Shown here: positions 37,747 through 47,740 of the stretch, one piece after another | Position numbering within the stretch: the stretch's first letter is position 1 | Layout: each line of letters starts with the position of its first letter | Assembly (NCBI GenBank): GCA_965237905.1 | Contig: OZ250172.1 | Location: 992,001-1,056,000 of the forward strand | Source: Nitrospinaceae bacterium | GTDB lineage: Bacteria > Nitrospinota > Nitrospinia > Nitrospinales > Nitrospinaceae | Direction: 5' to 3' | DNA length: 64,000 bases | The notes under the pieces: generated by a model | The model's input: only the letters and a program-made list of their open reading frames with translations | Told to the model about the DNA's origin: nothing | Database searches by the model: none | Made by a program: the position numbers and the translations under genes

Positions 37747-38292
37747 TTAATTTGAATCGGGGAGCACAGCCTTTTCAAAGGTAGGATTATTTTGGTCCTT
37801 TTCCGAAAGAACGGGGTCTTCGATCGGCCATTCGATTCCCACCTTGGGATCGTTCCAGATCAGGCCGCCTTCATCCTCCGGGTAATAAAAATCGGAGCAC
37901 TTGTACATGAAGTCCGCAGTGTCGCTGGTCACACAATAGCCGTGGGCAAAGCCGGTGGGCACGAACAACTGATGCTTGTTTTTTGAGGAAAGAGCGTATC
38001 CGTCCCACTGCCCAAACGTGGGAGAATTTTTACGAAGGTCGACCACCACATCGAACACCTCGCCCTCAGGCACCCAGACCAGCTTGGCCTGACCGTGCTT
38101 GATCTGGTAATGCATACCCCTTAAAATACCGCGGGTGGAGCGGGCATAATTGTCCTGAACAAGTTCCACGTCAATCCCATGATCCCTGTACCGGTCCCGG
38201 TTATAGGTCTCGAGAAAAAAACCGCGCGGGTCTTCAAAAACCCGGGGTTTGATGAGATAGACTCCTTGCAAACGCGATTCGGTCACTTTCAT
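37747..38292 (-). CDS. rfbC: dTDP-4-dehydrorhamnose 3,5-epimerase
   Basis: DPRGFFLE, LRGMHYQ, FDVVVDLR, GFAHGY, YKC. Confidence 0.95.
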   Translation of the reverse strand: MKVTESRLQGVYLIKPRVFEDPRGFFLETYNRDRYRDHGIDVELVQDNYARSTRGILRGMHYQIKHGQAKLVWVPEGEVFDVVVDLRKNSPTFGQWDGYALSSKNKHQLFVPTGFAHGYCVTSDTADFMYKCSDFYYPEDEGGLIWNDPKVGIEWPIEDPVLSEKDQNNPTFEKAVLPDSN

Positions 38293-38382
38293 AAACCGTC
38301 CTATTCTCTTTCAGGGCCCAAAGTTGGATGATTCTAACCTAAAAAGCCGCGGATTGGCATCCGGTTTTTATTTCAGGAGTCA

Positions 38383-38412
38383 TTGACACCCCCCTCCAGC
38401 CCCCCTTATAAT
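38383..38412 (+). promoter_or_regulatory. sigma70 promoter of hisAF
   Basis: TTGACA-N18-TATAAT. Confidence 0.75.
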
Positions 38413-38460
38413 TCTCCGGCTTATCACATACAATGAAGTTTCAAAGGAAGGACCGGTAGA

Positions 38461-39195
38461 GTGAAAATTATTCCCGCAGTGGATATCAAAGGCGGCCAAT
38501 GCGTCCGCCTGACCCAGGGCAAAGAGGATCAGGAAACCGTTTATTCAGACGATCCCCAGGCCATGGCCCAACATTGGGATGAGCAGGGCGCCCAACTCAT
38601 TCATGTGGTGGATCTGGACGGCGCCTTCCAGGGTCTGCCAAAAAACGCCAGCATCATCAAAGACATCATATACAGCAGTACTGTGGATATCCAAGTGGGG
38701 GGAGGCATTCGTTCCATTGAAGCGATTGCTTCCTATATAAACGCCGGTGCCTACCGGGTCATTCTGGGCACCATCGCTCACGAGGAACCGGCCTTTGTGG
38801 CAGAGGCCTGCAAACAATTCCCGGGGAAAATCATGATCGGCATCGATGCCCAAGACGGAAAAGTCGCCGTCAAAGGCTGGACGGAGGTTTCGGAGCAAAA
38901 AGCCGCCGACCTCGCCAAAACCATGGAACCGTTGGGTGTCGCGGGTTTTATTTTCACAGACATCAGCCGGGACGGTATGTTGCAGGGACCCAACCTCGAC
39001 AGCATCCGGCAATTTGCCCAGGCCACTTCCCTGCCCATCATCGCGTCCGGCGGCATCAGCGGAATACAGGATGTGGTCAGCCTTCTCTCTCTCCAATCCG
39101 AAGGCATCGAAGGCATGATCACTGGAAAAGCCCTGTACGACAAGAGGCTCGATTTCAAAGAAGCCTTGAAACAGGTGCGTGACCATGCTGGCTAA
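38461..39195 (+). CDS. hisA: ProFAR isomerase
   Basis: [32 protein letters not shown]. Confidence 0.96.
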   Translation: MKIIPAVDIKGGQCVRLTQGKEDQETVYSDDPQAMAQHWDEQGAQLIHVVDLDGAFQGLPKNASIIKDIIYSSTVDIQVGGGIRSIEAIASYINAGAYRVILGTIAHEEPAFVAEACKQFPGKIMIGIDAQDGKVAVKGWTEVSEQKAADLAKTMEPLGVAGFIFTDISRDGMLQGPNLDSIRQFAQATSLPIIASGGISGIQDVVSLLSLQSEGIEGMITGKALYDKRLDFKEALKQVRDHAG

Positions 39196-40021
39196 ACGAA
39201 TCATTCCCTGCCTGGATGTCAAAGACGGCCGCGTGGTCAAAGGTGTGCAGTTCGTCAACCTGCGGGATGCGGGCGACCCGGTGGAATGCGCCGCCGCTTA
39301 CGAAGCGGAAGGCGCCGACGAATTGACCTTTCTCGACATCACCGCCTCGCACGAAAAACGTGACATCCTTCTCGACGTGGTGGCACGGACTGCCGAAAAA
39401 GTGTTTATGCCGCTCACCGTTGGCGGTGGCGTGCGCACACTGGAGGACATCCGCAATCTTTTGAAAGCAGGAGCCGATAAGGTGGCCATCAACACCGCCG
39501 CCGTCCACAACCCTGAGTTTGTGCAACAAGCCGCGCAACGGTTCGGAAGTCAATGCATCGTGGTGGCCATCGACGCCAAGCAGGTGGAAACCGCAAGCCC
39601 AGCCATTGATCCGCCGGTCGATTGGAAAGACCATCATCCCGATCTGTTCCAACGCCCTGCCCCGCCCACTCCCACATGGGAAGTGTTCACGCACGGCGGC
39701 CGCAACCCGACCGGGATTCAAGTGATCCGCTGGGCCCAACTCATGGAACAATACGGCGCCGGCGAAATCCTGCTGACCAGCATGGACCGCGACGGCACCA
39801 AACAGGGTTACGACGTGGCGCTCAATTGCGCGGTGTCGGAAGCCACCACCATCCCGGTGATTGCCTCGGGGGGTGCGGGAACGCTGGAACATATGTACGA
39901 GGGAATTGTTGAAGGCAAAGCCGACGCCGTGCTCGCCGCCTCGATTTTCCATTTCAAGGAAATCACCATCCCCGAAACCAAACGCTACCTGGCGGACAAA
40001 GGTATTCCCATCCGGCTTTAA
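39185..40021 (+). CDS. hisF: Imidazole glycerol phosphate synthase cyclase subunit
   Basis: [28 protein letters not shown]. Confidence 0.96.
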   Translation: MLAKRIIPCLDVKDGRVVKGVQFVNLRDAGDPVECAAAYEAEGADELTFLDITASHEKRDILLDVVARTAEKVFMPLTVGGGVRTLEDIRNLLKAGADKVAINTAAVHNPEFVQQAAQRFGSQCIVVAIDAKQVETASPAIDPPVDWKDHHPDLFQRPAPPTPTWEVFTHGGRNPTGIQVIRWAQLMEQYGAGEILLTSMDRDGTKQGYDVALNCAVSEATTIPVIASGGAGTLEHMYEGIVEGKADAVLAASIFHFKEITIPETKRYLADKGIPIRL

Positions 40022-40170
40022 TCCTCCCTTTTTCAGGGGATTTACCTTTTCAGATATTTTGTAACCTCCCAATTTTAATCAATTAACCTTGACTGCCTGC
40101 TGAGAATTGGTTACAAATTTCTTTCTCCAAAAATTGAGTGGCACTTCTGAATATTTTTGAGGACATCCAA

Positions 40171-41196
40171 ATGACTCTTTCGAGAACGCTTATAAAAACA
40201 GTAACTCTTAATATATTTCTCGCGTTGGTGATCGGGATGGGGTTCACTCCCGCCTTCGCTGACAAACTTGAATTCGGTGACGGCAATATTCTGCAGGGCA
40301 CCGTTTCTACCCTTGAAAAAGGGACGCTGATATTTTCTACAGCGTATGCCGAGAAAATTAAAATCCCAGTCGGCCAAATTAAAACCATTTCGACGGATAA
40401 AGCGGTCACCTTAAAAATGACCAACGACTCGATCCTGACGGGCAAACTGATCACGCTGGAAGACGGACGGGTGGCGATCCTCTTGGAACCGGTGGGGGAA
40501 ACCGTTCCCTTCGAGTGGGCCCAGGTTAAGAACATCAACGAACCGCCGGGAAGCTGGACGGGCAGTTTTGCCGCAGGAGGCACGGTTCAAACCGGCAACG
40601 TGGAACGAGCCAGCATCAGTGTCGGATTTGACGCCAGACGAGACTGGGAACACGACCGGTTCCAATTCCGCTTTCTCCACAACTATGCGGAAGACACCGG
40701 CAGTATCACTTCCCGCAATACTTTCGGAGCCATGAAGTTCGACCATTTTTTCACGCAAGATTTTTTCACTAGCCTCAGCTTGGAATTATTGAAAGACGAA
40801 TTCAAGGATCTCAACCTGCGGGCCATCATCGGTCTGGGATTGGGCTACCGGATTTGGAACGATGACGTAAAAACCCTCGAGTTGGAAGGGGGCGTAACAT
40901 TTTTCTCTGAGGATGTGGACTTGGGAACGGACGATCAATTTATCTCTGGCCGGATCGGAGTGACCTATTCCTATAAAATCCTTGAGAACCTGTTGTTCAA
41001 GGACTACATGCTGTACTATCCAAATTTTGAAAAACCCAAGCAGTACCGTCTCCGTAACGAAGCCGCCCTGATTTCACAACTGGGCCAGGGCTGGTCGCTG
41101 AAACTATCCCATATCTTCGACCAAAATTCCAATCCGGCGCCCGGCATTGAGGATAAGGATCAGCAATTTATTTTTGCCCTTCAGTATTCGTTTTAG
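40171..41196 (+). CDS. DUF481-like outer-membrane beta-barrel protein
   Basis: Signal peptide, GNILQG N-domain, DEFKDLNLR, alternating strands, C-terminal YSF. Confidence 0.8.
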   Translation: MTLSRTLIKTVTLNIFLALVIGMGFTPAFADKLEFGDGNILQGTVSTLEKGTLIFSTAYAEKIKIPVGQIKTISTDKAVTLKMTNDSILTGKLITLEDGRVAILLEPVGETVPFEWAQVKNINEPPGSWTGSFAAGGTVQTGNVERASISVGFDARRDWEHDRFQFRFLHNYAEDTGSITSRNTFGAMKFDHFFTQDFFTSLSLELLKDEFKDLNLRAIIGLGLGYRIWNDDVKTLELEGGVTFFSEDVDLGTDDQFISGRIGVTYSYKILENLLFKDYMLYYPNFEKPKQYRLRNEAALISQLGQGWSLKLSHIFDQNSNPAPGIEDKDQQFIFALQYSF

Positions 41197-41294
41197 AAAA
41201 AGCCCTGGGTGGGAATTACAGCAATCAGGGAGTGGCAAAAACAGTGGAGCCAACGTGAGGATCAAGGCCGTCTTCAGAATATTTAAAGCGGGGA

Positions 41295-42248
41295 TCAGCT
41301 CACACCGTTGTTTTTTAAACGGAGCGACTTGGAGGCGGTATCGAGGGTCGCCTCCACCCCCAAGGGAAGGGTCCACATTTCATTGCCATGCCCCACCGGG
41401 CAATGGGTAAGAATAGGGATGGAACTTTTCGGCAATATATCCTGGAAAAGATTATCCAGCCGTTCGCTTTGTCCCTCCCCAAACCGGCAATTGATCATTT
41501 CCCCAAACACAATGCCCTTCACACCGCGGAACTTGCCAGCGCCTTTCAACTGCCACAACATACCGTCGATCCGGTAGGCGGGTTCGTTGACGTCTTCAAT
41601 CAGCAAAATACCGTCACGGCTTTGGATTTCGTAAGGAGTTTTCAGGGAACGGCACAGCAGGGTCAGGCACCCGCCGACGAGTTTGCCCCGAGCGGTTCCT
41701 TCCTGCAGGACGCGGGCCTGGGGTGCCTCCAAATGACCGCCTTCTTTAGCCCCGGTCAGGACCTTGCGGAACTGGGTTTTGGAAATCTTCATGGGCTTGC
41801 ATCCGAAACTGCCCGATACCATCGGCCCGTGGAACGCAACCAGTCCGCATTTCTGAAGCAGGTAGATCAACAGCAGGGTAATGTCGCTGGAGCCCACCAC
41901 CACCTTGGGATTCTTGCGAATAATTTTGGAATCAAGCAAGGGCAGAATGCGGTTGACCCCATAGCCACCGCGGGCGCAGAAGATGGCTTTGATCTCCGGA
42001 TTCTGGAACATCACCATCAGGTCATCCGCCCGGTCTTCATCTTCTCCGGCCAGAAATTGTTTGCGATCATTCACGAATCTTCCAAGAACCGGTTGAAACC
42101 CCATCCCGCGGATTACCGTTAAACCTTCTTCCAAATGTGCCGGGTCGACCGGACCCGCCGGGGCCACCACTCCCACCATATCTCCCTGTTTCAGCTTTTT
42201 AGGGCGTATCAATCGCAGATTTGAGGTTGCCACGGGTTCTCCAGGCAC
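41295..42248 (-). CDS. LD-carboxypeptidase (S66 family)
   Basis: VVAPAG, ARGGYG, GSSDIT, EDVNE, PVGH. Confidence 0.9.
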   Translation of the reverse strand: MPGEPVATSNLRLIRPKKLKQGDMVGVVAPAGPVDPAHLEEGLTVIRGMGFQPVLGRFVNDRKQFLAGEDEDRADDLMVMFQNPEIKAIFCARGGYGVNRILPLLDSKIIRKNPKVVVGSSDITLLLIYLLQKCGLVAFHGPMVSGSFGCKPMKISKTQFRKVLTGAKEGGHLEAPQARVLQEGTARGKLVGGCLTLLCRSLKTPYEIQSRDGILLIEDVNEPAYRIDGMLWQLKGAGKFRGVKGIVFGEMINCRFGEGQSERLDNLFQDILPKSSIPILTHCPVGHGNEMWTLPLGVEATLDTASKSLRLKNNGVS

Positions 42249-42385
42249 AAAAGTTTCAGAATATTACCTTACCATTATAACCCCATAACTGATTGATTTT
42301 TTTAGATATTAAGAAGTGCTGGCAGGAAGGAGCCCGGTTTGAATTGAGAAAATGTTCTTCCGGAGATTTTTTTTCTACAAAGCGC

Positions 42386-42412
42386 TAAAGTTATCAATAT
42401 TTCATCCGATAA
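42386..42412 (+). promoter_or_regulatory. sigma28 promoter of flagellin 1
   Basis: TAAAGTTA-N11-TCCGATAA. Confidence 0.75.
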
Positions 42413-42535
42413 CTCACCTGAGGCTAATAATGCGCTGAGAAGGTAGGGACCGGGCAGTTCCGGCCTTTCCGTATGTACTTTAGCGGCACGGCCTACAACA
42501 TAACTTAAGTATTCTTTTTAAACGGTGACACAATC

Positions 42536-43393
42536 ATGACGATTCGAATTTTTACCAACCTGACCTCCTTGAACGCTCAGCGGATTCTGGGCATTAACAA
42601 TGACCGTCTGGCGCAGTCGATTGAGCGGGTGTCCTCCGGGCTCCGCATCAACCGGGCCAGCGACGATCCCGGCGGACTGGCGATCGCGGAATCCCTGCGG
42701 TCGGATATCCGGGTGCTCCGTCAGGGTTTGAGGAATCTGAACGACGGGATTTCCCTCGTCAACGTGGCGGAAGCCGGACTGAACGCGCAATCCGATATAC
42801 TGATCCGCATGCGCGAGTTGGCGGCGCAATCGGCTTCGGGAACCCTCACCGACCCGGAGCGGGCCACCCTGCAATTGGAATTCGTTCAACTGAGGAACGA
42901 AATCGACCGTATCTCCAACGCGACCGAATTCAACGGGCAGACCCTTTTGGACGGGTCACTGACTAGTGGAGCGGCAAGCCCCATCGTCATTCAATTTGGT
43001 CTGGACGCCACCGCCAACAGCCAACTCAACCTCAATACCGAGGCCGATGTGGCTGACGTCGATTCCACCTTTTTAGGCATCGCCGCCTCGGACATCTCCA
43101 CCCAGGCCGGGGCCACGACTGCTTTAACCACTCTGGATACAGCCCTGGATCTCTTGTCCGGCGAACGCGCCAGCCTGGCGGCGGTACAAAACCGTCTCAC
43201 GCGAATCCTTCCCGGTCAGGCCATCCTGGTGGAAAACCTGACGGCCGCCGAATCCCAGATCCGCGACGCCGACATCGCTGAAGAAGTGGCCCTGCTGGCG
43301 CGCAACCAGATACTCGTGGAAGCCGCCACCGCCATGGTCGCCCAAGCCAATATCATCCCCGAACAGGTATTGAAACTGCTTCCTTCGAATTAG
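42536..43393 (+). CDS. fliC: Flagellin (short, 285 aa)
   Basis: SSGLRINRASDD, FNGQTLLDG, AESQIRDADIAEE. Confidence 0.93.
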   Translation: MTIRIFTNLTSLNAQRILGINNDRLAQSIERVSSGLRINRASDDPGGLAIAESLRSDIRVLRQGLRNLNDGISLVNVAEAGLNAQSDILIRMRELAAQSASGTLTDPERATLQLEFVQLRNEIDRISNATEFNGQTLLDGSLTSGAASPIVIQFGLDATANSQLNLNTEADVADVDSTFLGIAASDISTQAGATTALTTLDTALDLLSGERASLAAVQNRLTRILPGQAILVENLTAAESQIRDADIAEEVALLARNQILVEAATAMVAQANIIPEQVLKLLPSN

Positions 43394-43638
43394 GGAAATT
43401 TAACCACCGATGAACACAGATAAACACAGATAAAACCGGGAGCCTTTCCTTTTGGTTTTCCGTGTTTCCTGTTTCTTGCTCCCTTCTCCAGGTCTTTCTG
43501 AATTTATCCTGTTATTCGGTCCTCCAGGATGTTGATGGTTATCACCAATTTGGGAGGGCCTGTCAAAGGTTTCAATAGTGTAAGCCACTGATATTCAACC
43601 CGTTAAAATCCAACCCCCGAAACACCTCCAAAAAAGCA

Positions 43639-43665
43639 TCAAGGAATTCCTCAAATACCCGATAT
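43639..43665 (+). promoter_or_regulatory. sigma28 promoter of flagellin 2
   Basis: TCAAGGAA-N11-CCCGATAT. Confidence 0.55.
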
Positions 43666-43794
43666 GAAAGACAAGTGACAGTTGGAGGAAGCAAAGGCTT
43701 CCCCTCACGCAAGAATACAACATCGCTTAACGAGGTTCCGGCATGGAGGCTGGAAAAAACACAGAGCAGTAATCATAATCAAGGAGGATTTATC

Positions 43795-44991
43795 ATGGCA
43801 GTACGAATCTTTAACAACATTCCTTCACTCAACGCGCAGAGGCATTTGGGAATCAACAATCAGCGCCTGGCCCAGTCCATCGAACGGATCTCATCGGGAC
43901 TTCGGATCAACAAGGCCTCCGACGACGTCGCGGGCCTGGCCATTTCTGAAAAATTGCGGTCCGATATCCGCGTGCTTCAGCAGGGTTTGCGGAACCTGAA
44001 TGACGGCCTTTCAGTGGTCAATGTCATGGAAGCCGGGTTGAACGAGCAGACGGATATGATCATCCGTATGCGTGAGTTGGCAGCCCAGGCCGCATCGGCA
44101 ACCGTAGGCTCAACCGAACGAGGCTTGCTCCAGTTGGAAGTTAACGCATTGGTCGCGGAGATCAACCGCTTCTCCACAGCCACGGAATTCAACGGTCAGA
44201 AGCTCTTGGACGGATCATTTACCTCCCTGATCGTGCATTTCGGTGTGGACGCCAGCGCCAGCAGCCAGCTTGATATTGCCGCTGCCACCGGCATTACTTC
44301 CACTGCGGTGGATATGCCTTTTATCTTATCAGGTACCGCCACCCCCTTTGCTGTCGGACAAACAGCTAACTTTGACGGGAGTATTAGTGCCGGTACCGAT
44401 TTAGTCGGGGCCGCTGACGGAACCTATACAGCAAACATAGATGTTGACGGGGTGGCCAATGCAATTTCCGTGGATCTTTTACTGGCAACCTCAGATTTTA
44501 ATTTCTTGGTAGCTGAGATCAATGCCGATTTGACGGGTGCAACCGCATCGATAGTAGACGGAAATATTGTAATTACGCATGATGCCCCAGTAACGACGTC
44601 TTCCATAACCATAACGGATGGTGCGGCTCCCACGGGCTTGTTTGCTAATGCGGCTGGATTCGCAAATTTGAATCCATCATTTTTCGGTCTCGATATCAGT
44701 ACTTCCGCCACAGTGGCCCAGACCGCGGTGGCCTCGCTGGATACGGCCACGGATGCTATTATTACCGTACGCGCCGGGGTTGCCGCCACGCAAAACCGGA
44801 TGACCCGCATCATCAATACCCAGGCCACAGTGATAGAGAATATCCAGGCCGCCGAATCCCAGATTCGGGATGCGGACATCGCGGAGGAAATCGCTCTGCT
44901 CACGCGGAACCAGATTCTGGTGGAATCTGCCACGGCGATGGTGGGGCAGGCCAACCTGATCCCGCAGTCGGTCTTGCAGTTGTTAGGTTAA
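43795..44991 (+). CDS. fliC: Flagellin (398 aa)
   Basis: Conserved N/C termini with larger variable region; AAGGAGG RBS before ATG 43795. Confidence 0.95.
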   Translation: MAVRIFNNIPSLNAQRHLGINNQRLAQSIERISSGLRINKASDDVAGLAISEKLRSDIRVLQQGLRNLNDGLSVVNVMEAGLNEQTDMIIRMRELAAQAASATVGSTERGLLQLEVNALVAEINRFSTATEFNGQKLLDGSFTSLIVHFGVDASASSQLDIAAATGITSTAVDMPFILSGTATPFAVGQTANFDGSISAGTDLVGAADGTYTANIDVDGVANAISVDLLLATSDFNFLVAEINADLTGATASIVDGNIVITHDAPVTTSSITITDGAAPTGLFANAAGFANLNPSFFGLDISTSATVAQTAVASLDTATDAIITVRAGVAATQNRMTRIINTQATVIENIQAAESQIRDADIAEEIALLTRNQILVESATAMVGQANLIPQSVLQLLG

Positions 44992-45021
44992 ACTCAACGG
45001 ATTTTTTTCCGTTCATTATTG

Positions 45022-45060
45022 AAGGCGCCCTTGAGAGTTTCTCAAGGGCGCTTTTTGTTT
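45022..45060 (+). terminator. Intrinsic terminator after flagellin 2
   Basis: GCGCCCTTGAGA-gtt-TCTCAAGGGCGC followed by TTTTTGTTT. Confidence 0.9.
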
Positions 45061-45124
45061 AGACGTTCTCTCCATCCCCTCTCTCCCCTTATGCTATACT
45101 GGTTCAGACCTGCCGGGATCCTTC

Positions 45125-45865
45125 GTGACCCGCAATGATCGTTATTCTTGTTTCCACATTCAACCCTTCCCTCCCCTGGTAACACTATTGGACCCCGAAT
45201 CGAAAACTCCAACACGCAATGCCTTTGAACGGTCGGGTTCGCTGGTTTTGGTGGGCATGGTGGTGATCCTGTTAAGCACGGGTCTCAAAGTCATCTGGAA
45301 TGCTTATGATGAATGGAATCATGCTGAAGCGCTGGCCGCAACGAAACCGGAGCGAGCCTTGGACCACTACGAACGCGTCATTCACTGGCACGTTCCGTTT
45401 CTGTCGCTGAGCGACGACGCGGCTGAGAAAATGTGGGCCTACGCTCTGAACTATGAAAAACAAGGAAACGTTGAAAAGGCCCTGAACACGTATCGGGTTC
45501 TCCGGGGCGCCTTTTACGCGGCGCGTAGTCTGTACACACCCGGTAAGGATTGGATACTCCGGTGCAACGAAAAAATCGCGGGCCTGATGGCTTCCAAACC
45601 GGCTTACTCCGAAGCCGAACGGAAAAAGTCTTATGACGAAAGAAAGGTGGAGTACCTGAAACTCCTGTCACGCGAAAAATCGCCGCACCCGGAGTGGGCC
45701 TTAATGACCGAGGTGGGATTTTTTGGATGGGTGACCTGTGCTTTCATTTTTATATTTAAAGGATTCACTGCCACCGGGGCGTTCCAGGCCCGCCCGGCTT
45801 TGCGCTGGGCTGGCGGCTGGCTGGTGTGTTACGGCCTCTGGATTTGGGGCCTGTTTCGAGTGTGA
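45125..45865 (+). CDS. Hypothetical membrane protein with TPR-like helices (start uncertain)
   Basis: N- and C-terminal TM segments around a helical repeat-like core. Confidence 0.65.
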   Translation: MTRNDRYSCFHIQPFPPLVTLLDPESKTPTRNAFERSGSLVLVGMVVILLSTGLKVIWNAYDEWNHAEALAATKPERALDHYERVIHWHVPFLSLSDDAAEKMWAYALNYEKQGNVEKALNTYRVLRGAFYAARSLYTPGKDWILRCNEKIAGLMASKPAYSEAERKKSYDERKVEYLKLLSREKSPHPEWALMTEVGFFGWVTCAFIFIFKGFTATGAFQARPALRWAGGWLVCYGLWIWGLFRV

Positions 45866-46015
45866 TGTTCCTAAACCACCGATAATTAACACCGATTAAA
45901 ATTTTTTAATGGAAACGCGTTCCCCCCTATGATAATTTTTACAAAGTTGAGCATCTATTGATAACCTTTAACTCCATAGCATTATTATCCTGCCGAGAAT
46001 TTCCAGAGGAAGTCC

Positions 46016-46960
46016 ATGATTGAGGTTGAGCACCTGACCAAGCATTATGGTCCCCGGCCCGCCGTTAAAGACCTCTCCTTCCAAATCAACCAGGGAGAGG
46101 TGGTTGGGTTTTTGGGACCCAACGGTGCCGGTAAATCCACCACCATGAATATTCTGGCGTGCATCCTTCCCGCCACGGAAGGCAAGGCGCGGGTGTGCGG
46201 GTTTGACACATTCGACCAATCGCTGGAAATCCGCAAGATCATCGGCTACCTTCCCGAAACACCTCCCCTGTACCAGGATATGGTGGTTTCCAAATTCCTT
46301 GAGTTTTCGGCAGGCCTGCGCAACGTTCCCAAAAAGAAGATCGCCACCGCGACGGACCGCGTTCTGGAACAATGCGGACTGGGGGAGGTACGCCACCGCA
46401 TCATCGGACGCTTGTCCAAGGGCTATCAACAACGGGTGGGGCTGGCCCAGGCCATGATCCACGATCCGAAAATTCTTATTCTGGACGAGCCGACCATAGG
46501 GCTCGATCCCATTCAGATCATTGAAATCCGAAAATTGATTCAGGAGTTGGGCACCACGCACACCATTCTGCTCAGCTCGCATATCCTGCCGGAGGTCACG
46601 CAGATTTGCCAGCGCATCATCATCATCAATGAGGGAGAAATTGTCGCCATGGATACTCTGGCCGGATTCAACGCATCCATGGGCCATGACCACCGACTGG
46701 AACTCAAGGTGCGCAACCCGGTCGACGGCATACAAAATAAATTAGAGGCATTGGACAAGGTCACCTCCGTTCAAACGCGCGGCCGGGACTTTTTCGTGAT
46801 TGAAAGCGAACCGGATGCGCATTTGCAGGATGCAGTGGCCCGGCTCGCTCTGGACCAGCTATGGGGCATTGAAGAATTGAAACCCATGACCCTGACGCTG
46901 GAGGATATTTTCCTGAAACTGACAATGGGAGAAAAGGAAATTAAAGAGGCTCAAGTATGA
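46016..46960 (+). CDS. ABC transporter ATP-binding protein (GldA-like)
   Basis: GPNGAGKST, LSKGYQQR, LILDEP. Confidence 0.93.
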   Translation: MIEVEHLTKHYGPRPAVKDLSFQINQGEVVGFLGPNGAGKSTTMNILACILPATEGKARVCGFDTFDQSLEIRKIIGYLPETPPLYQDMVVSKFLEFSAGLRNVPKKKIATATDRVLEQCGLGEVRHRIIGRLSKGYQQRVGLAQAMIHDPKILILDEPTIGLDPIQIIEIRKLIQELGTTHTILLSSHILPEVTQICQRIIIINEGEIVAMDTLAGFNASMGHDHRLELKVRNPVDGIQNKLEALDKVTSVQTRGRDFFVIESEPDAHLQDAVARLALDQLWGIEELKPMTLTLEDIFLKLTMGEKEIKEAQV

Positions 46961-47736
46961 AGTCTGTTTTCTGGATCGCCCGGCGCGAAATAGGATCGTT
47001 CTTTTATTCGCCGATTTTTTACGTGGTGACCACGGTTTTTCTCGTTCTGTACAGCTTCCTGTTTTTTGCCATCTTTTTCGACTACAGCCAAGGCAGCATA
47101 CAGGCCGCCGCCCAGGCGGAAGCATATCAGAAGGCAGGTATCTCGATCAACGCCAATGAAATGGTCATCGTGCCTTCACTGGGAAACATGGGCGTGATTT
47201 TGCTGTTTATCATTCCCCTCATCACCATGCGCAGTTTCGCCGAAGAGAGAAAAAATAAAACTTTCGCTCTGCTCCTATCTTCCCCCGTCTATCTAAGAGA
47301 AATTGTCGCCGGAAAATTCCTGGCCTGCCTGGCGGTGGTATCCTTTATGATTCTGTTGTCTTCCTATTCCATCGGATTCATCGTGCTGATGGGACAACCG
47401 GAACTGGGATCAATTCTTTCCGGCTACCTGGGTGTCCTCCTCCTGACCGGATGCTATATCGCCATGGGAGTGTTTGCCTCTTCATTGACGGACAACCAGA
47501 TCGTCGCGGCAGTCATCGGCTTCGGAATGGCTCTACTAATGTGGCTACTGGATCTTTCGACCCAGAACGCCGATACCGGTATCGGAATGATTCTGGAATA
47601 TATCTCTCTGAGAAGCCATCTGGAATCTTTTCTAAAAGGAGTTCTCGACTCCAGCGACATCGTTTATTACCTCTCCTTCATGGCGTTCATCTTGTTTATC
47701 ACTCACCAGGTGCTCGATTCCCGGAGATGGAGATGA
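46957..47736 (+). CDS. ABC-2 permease (GldF-like)
   Basis: PLITMRSFAEE, SSLTDNQIVA, six TM segments. Confidence 0.88.
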   Translation: MKSVFWIARREIGSFFYSPIFYVVTTVFLVLYSFLFFAIFFDYSQGSIQAAAQAEAYQKAGISINANEMVIVPSLGNMGVILLFIIPLITMRSFAEERKNKTFALLLSSPVYLREIVAGKFLACLAVVSFMILLSSYSIGFIVLMGQPELGSILSGYLGVLLLTGCYIAMGVFASSLTDNQIVAAVIGFGMALLMWLLDLSTQNADTGIGMILEYISLRSHLESFLKGVLDSSDIVYYLSFMAFILFITHQVLDSRRWR

Positions 47737-47740
47737 CACA

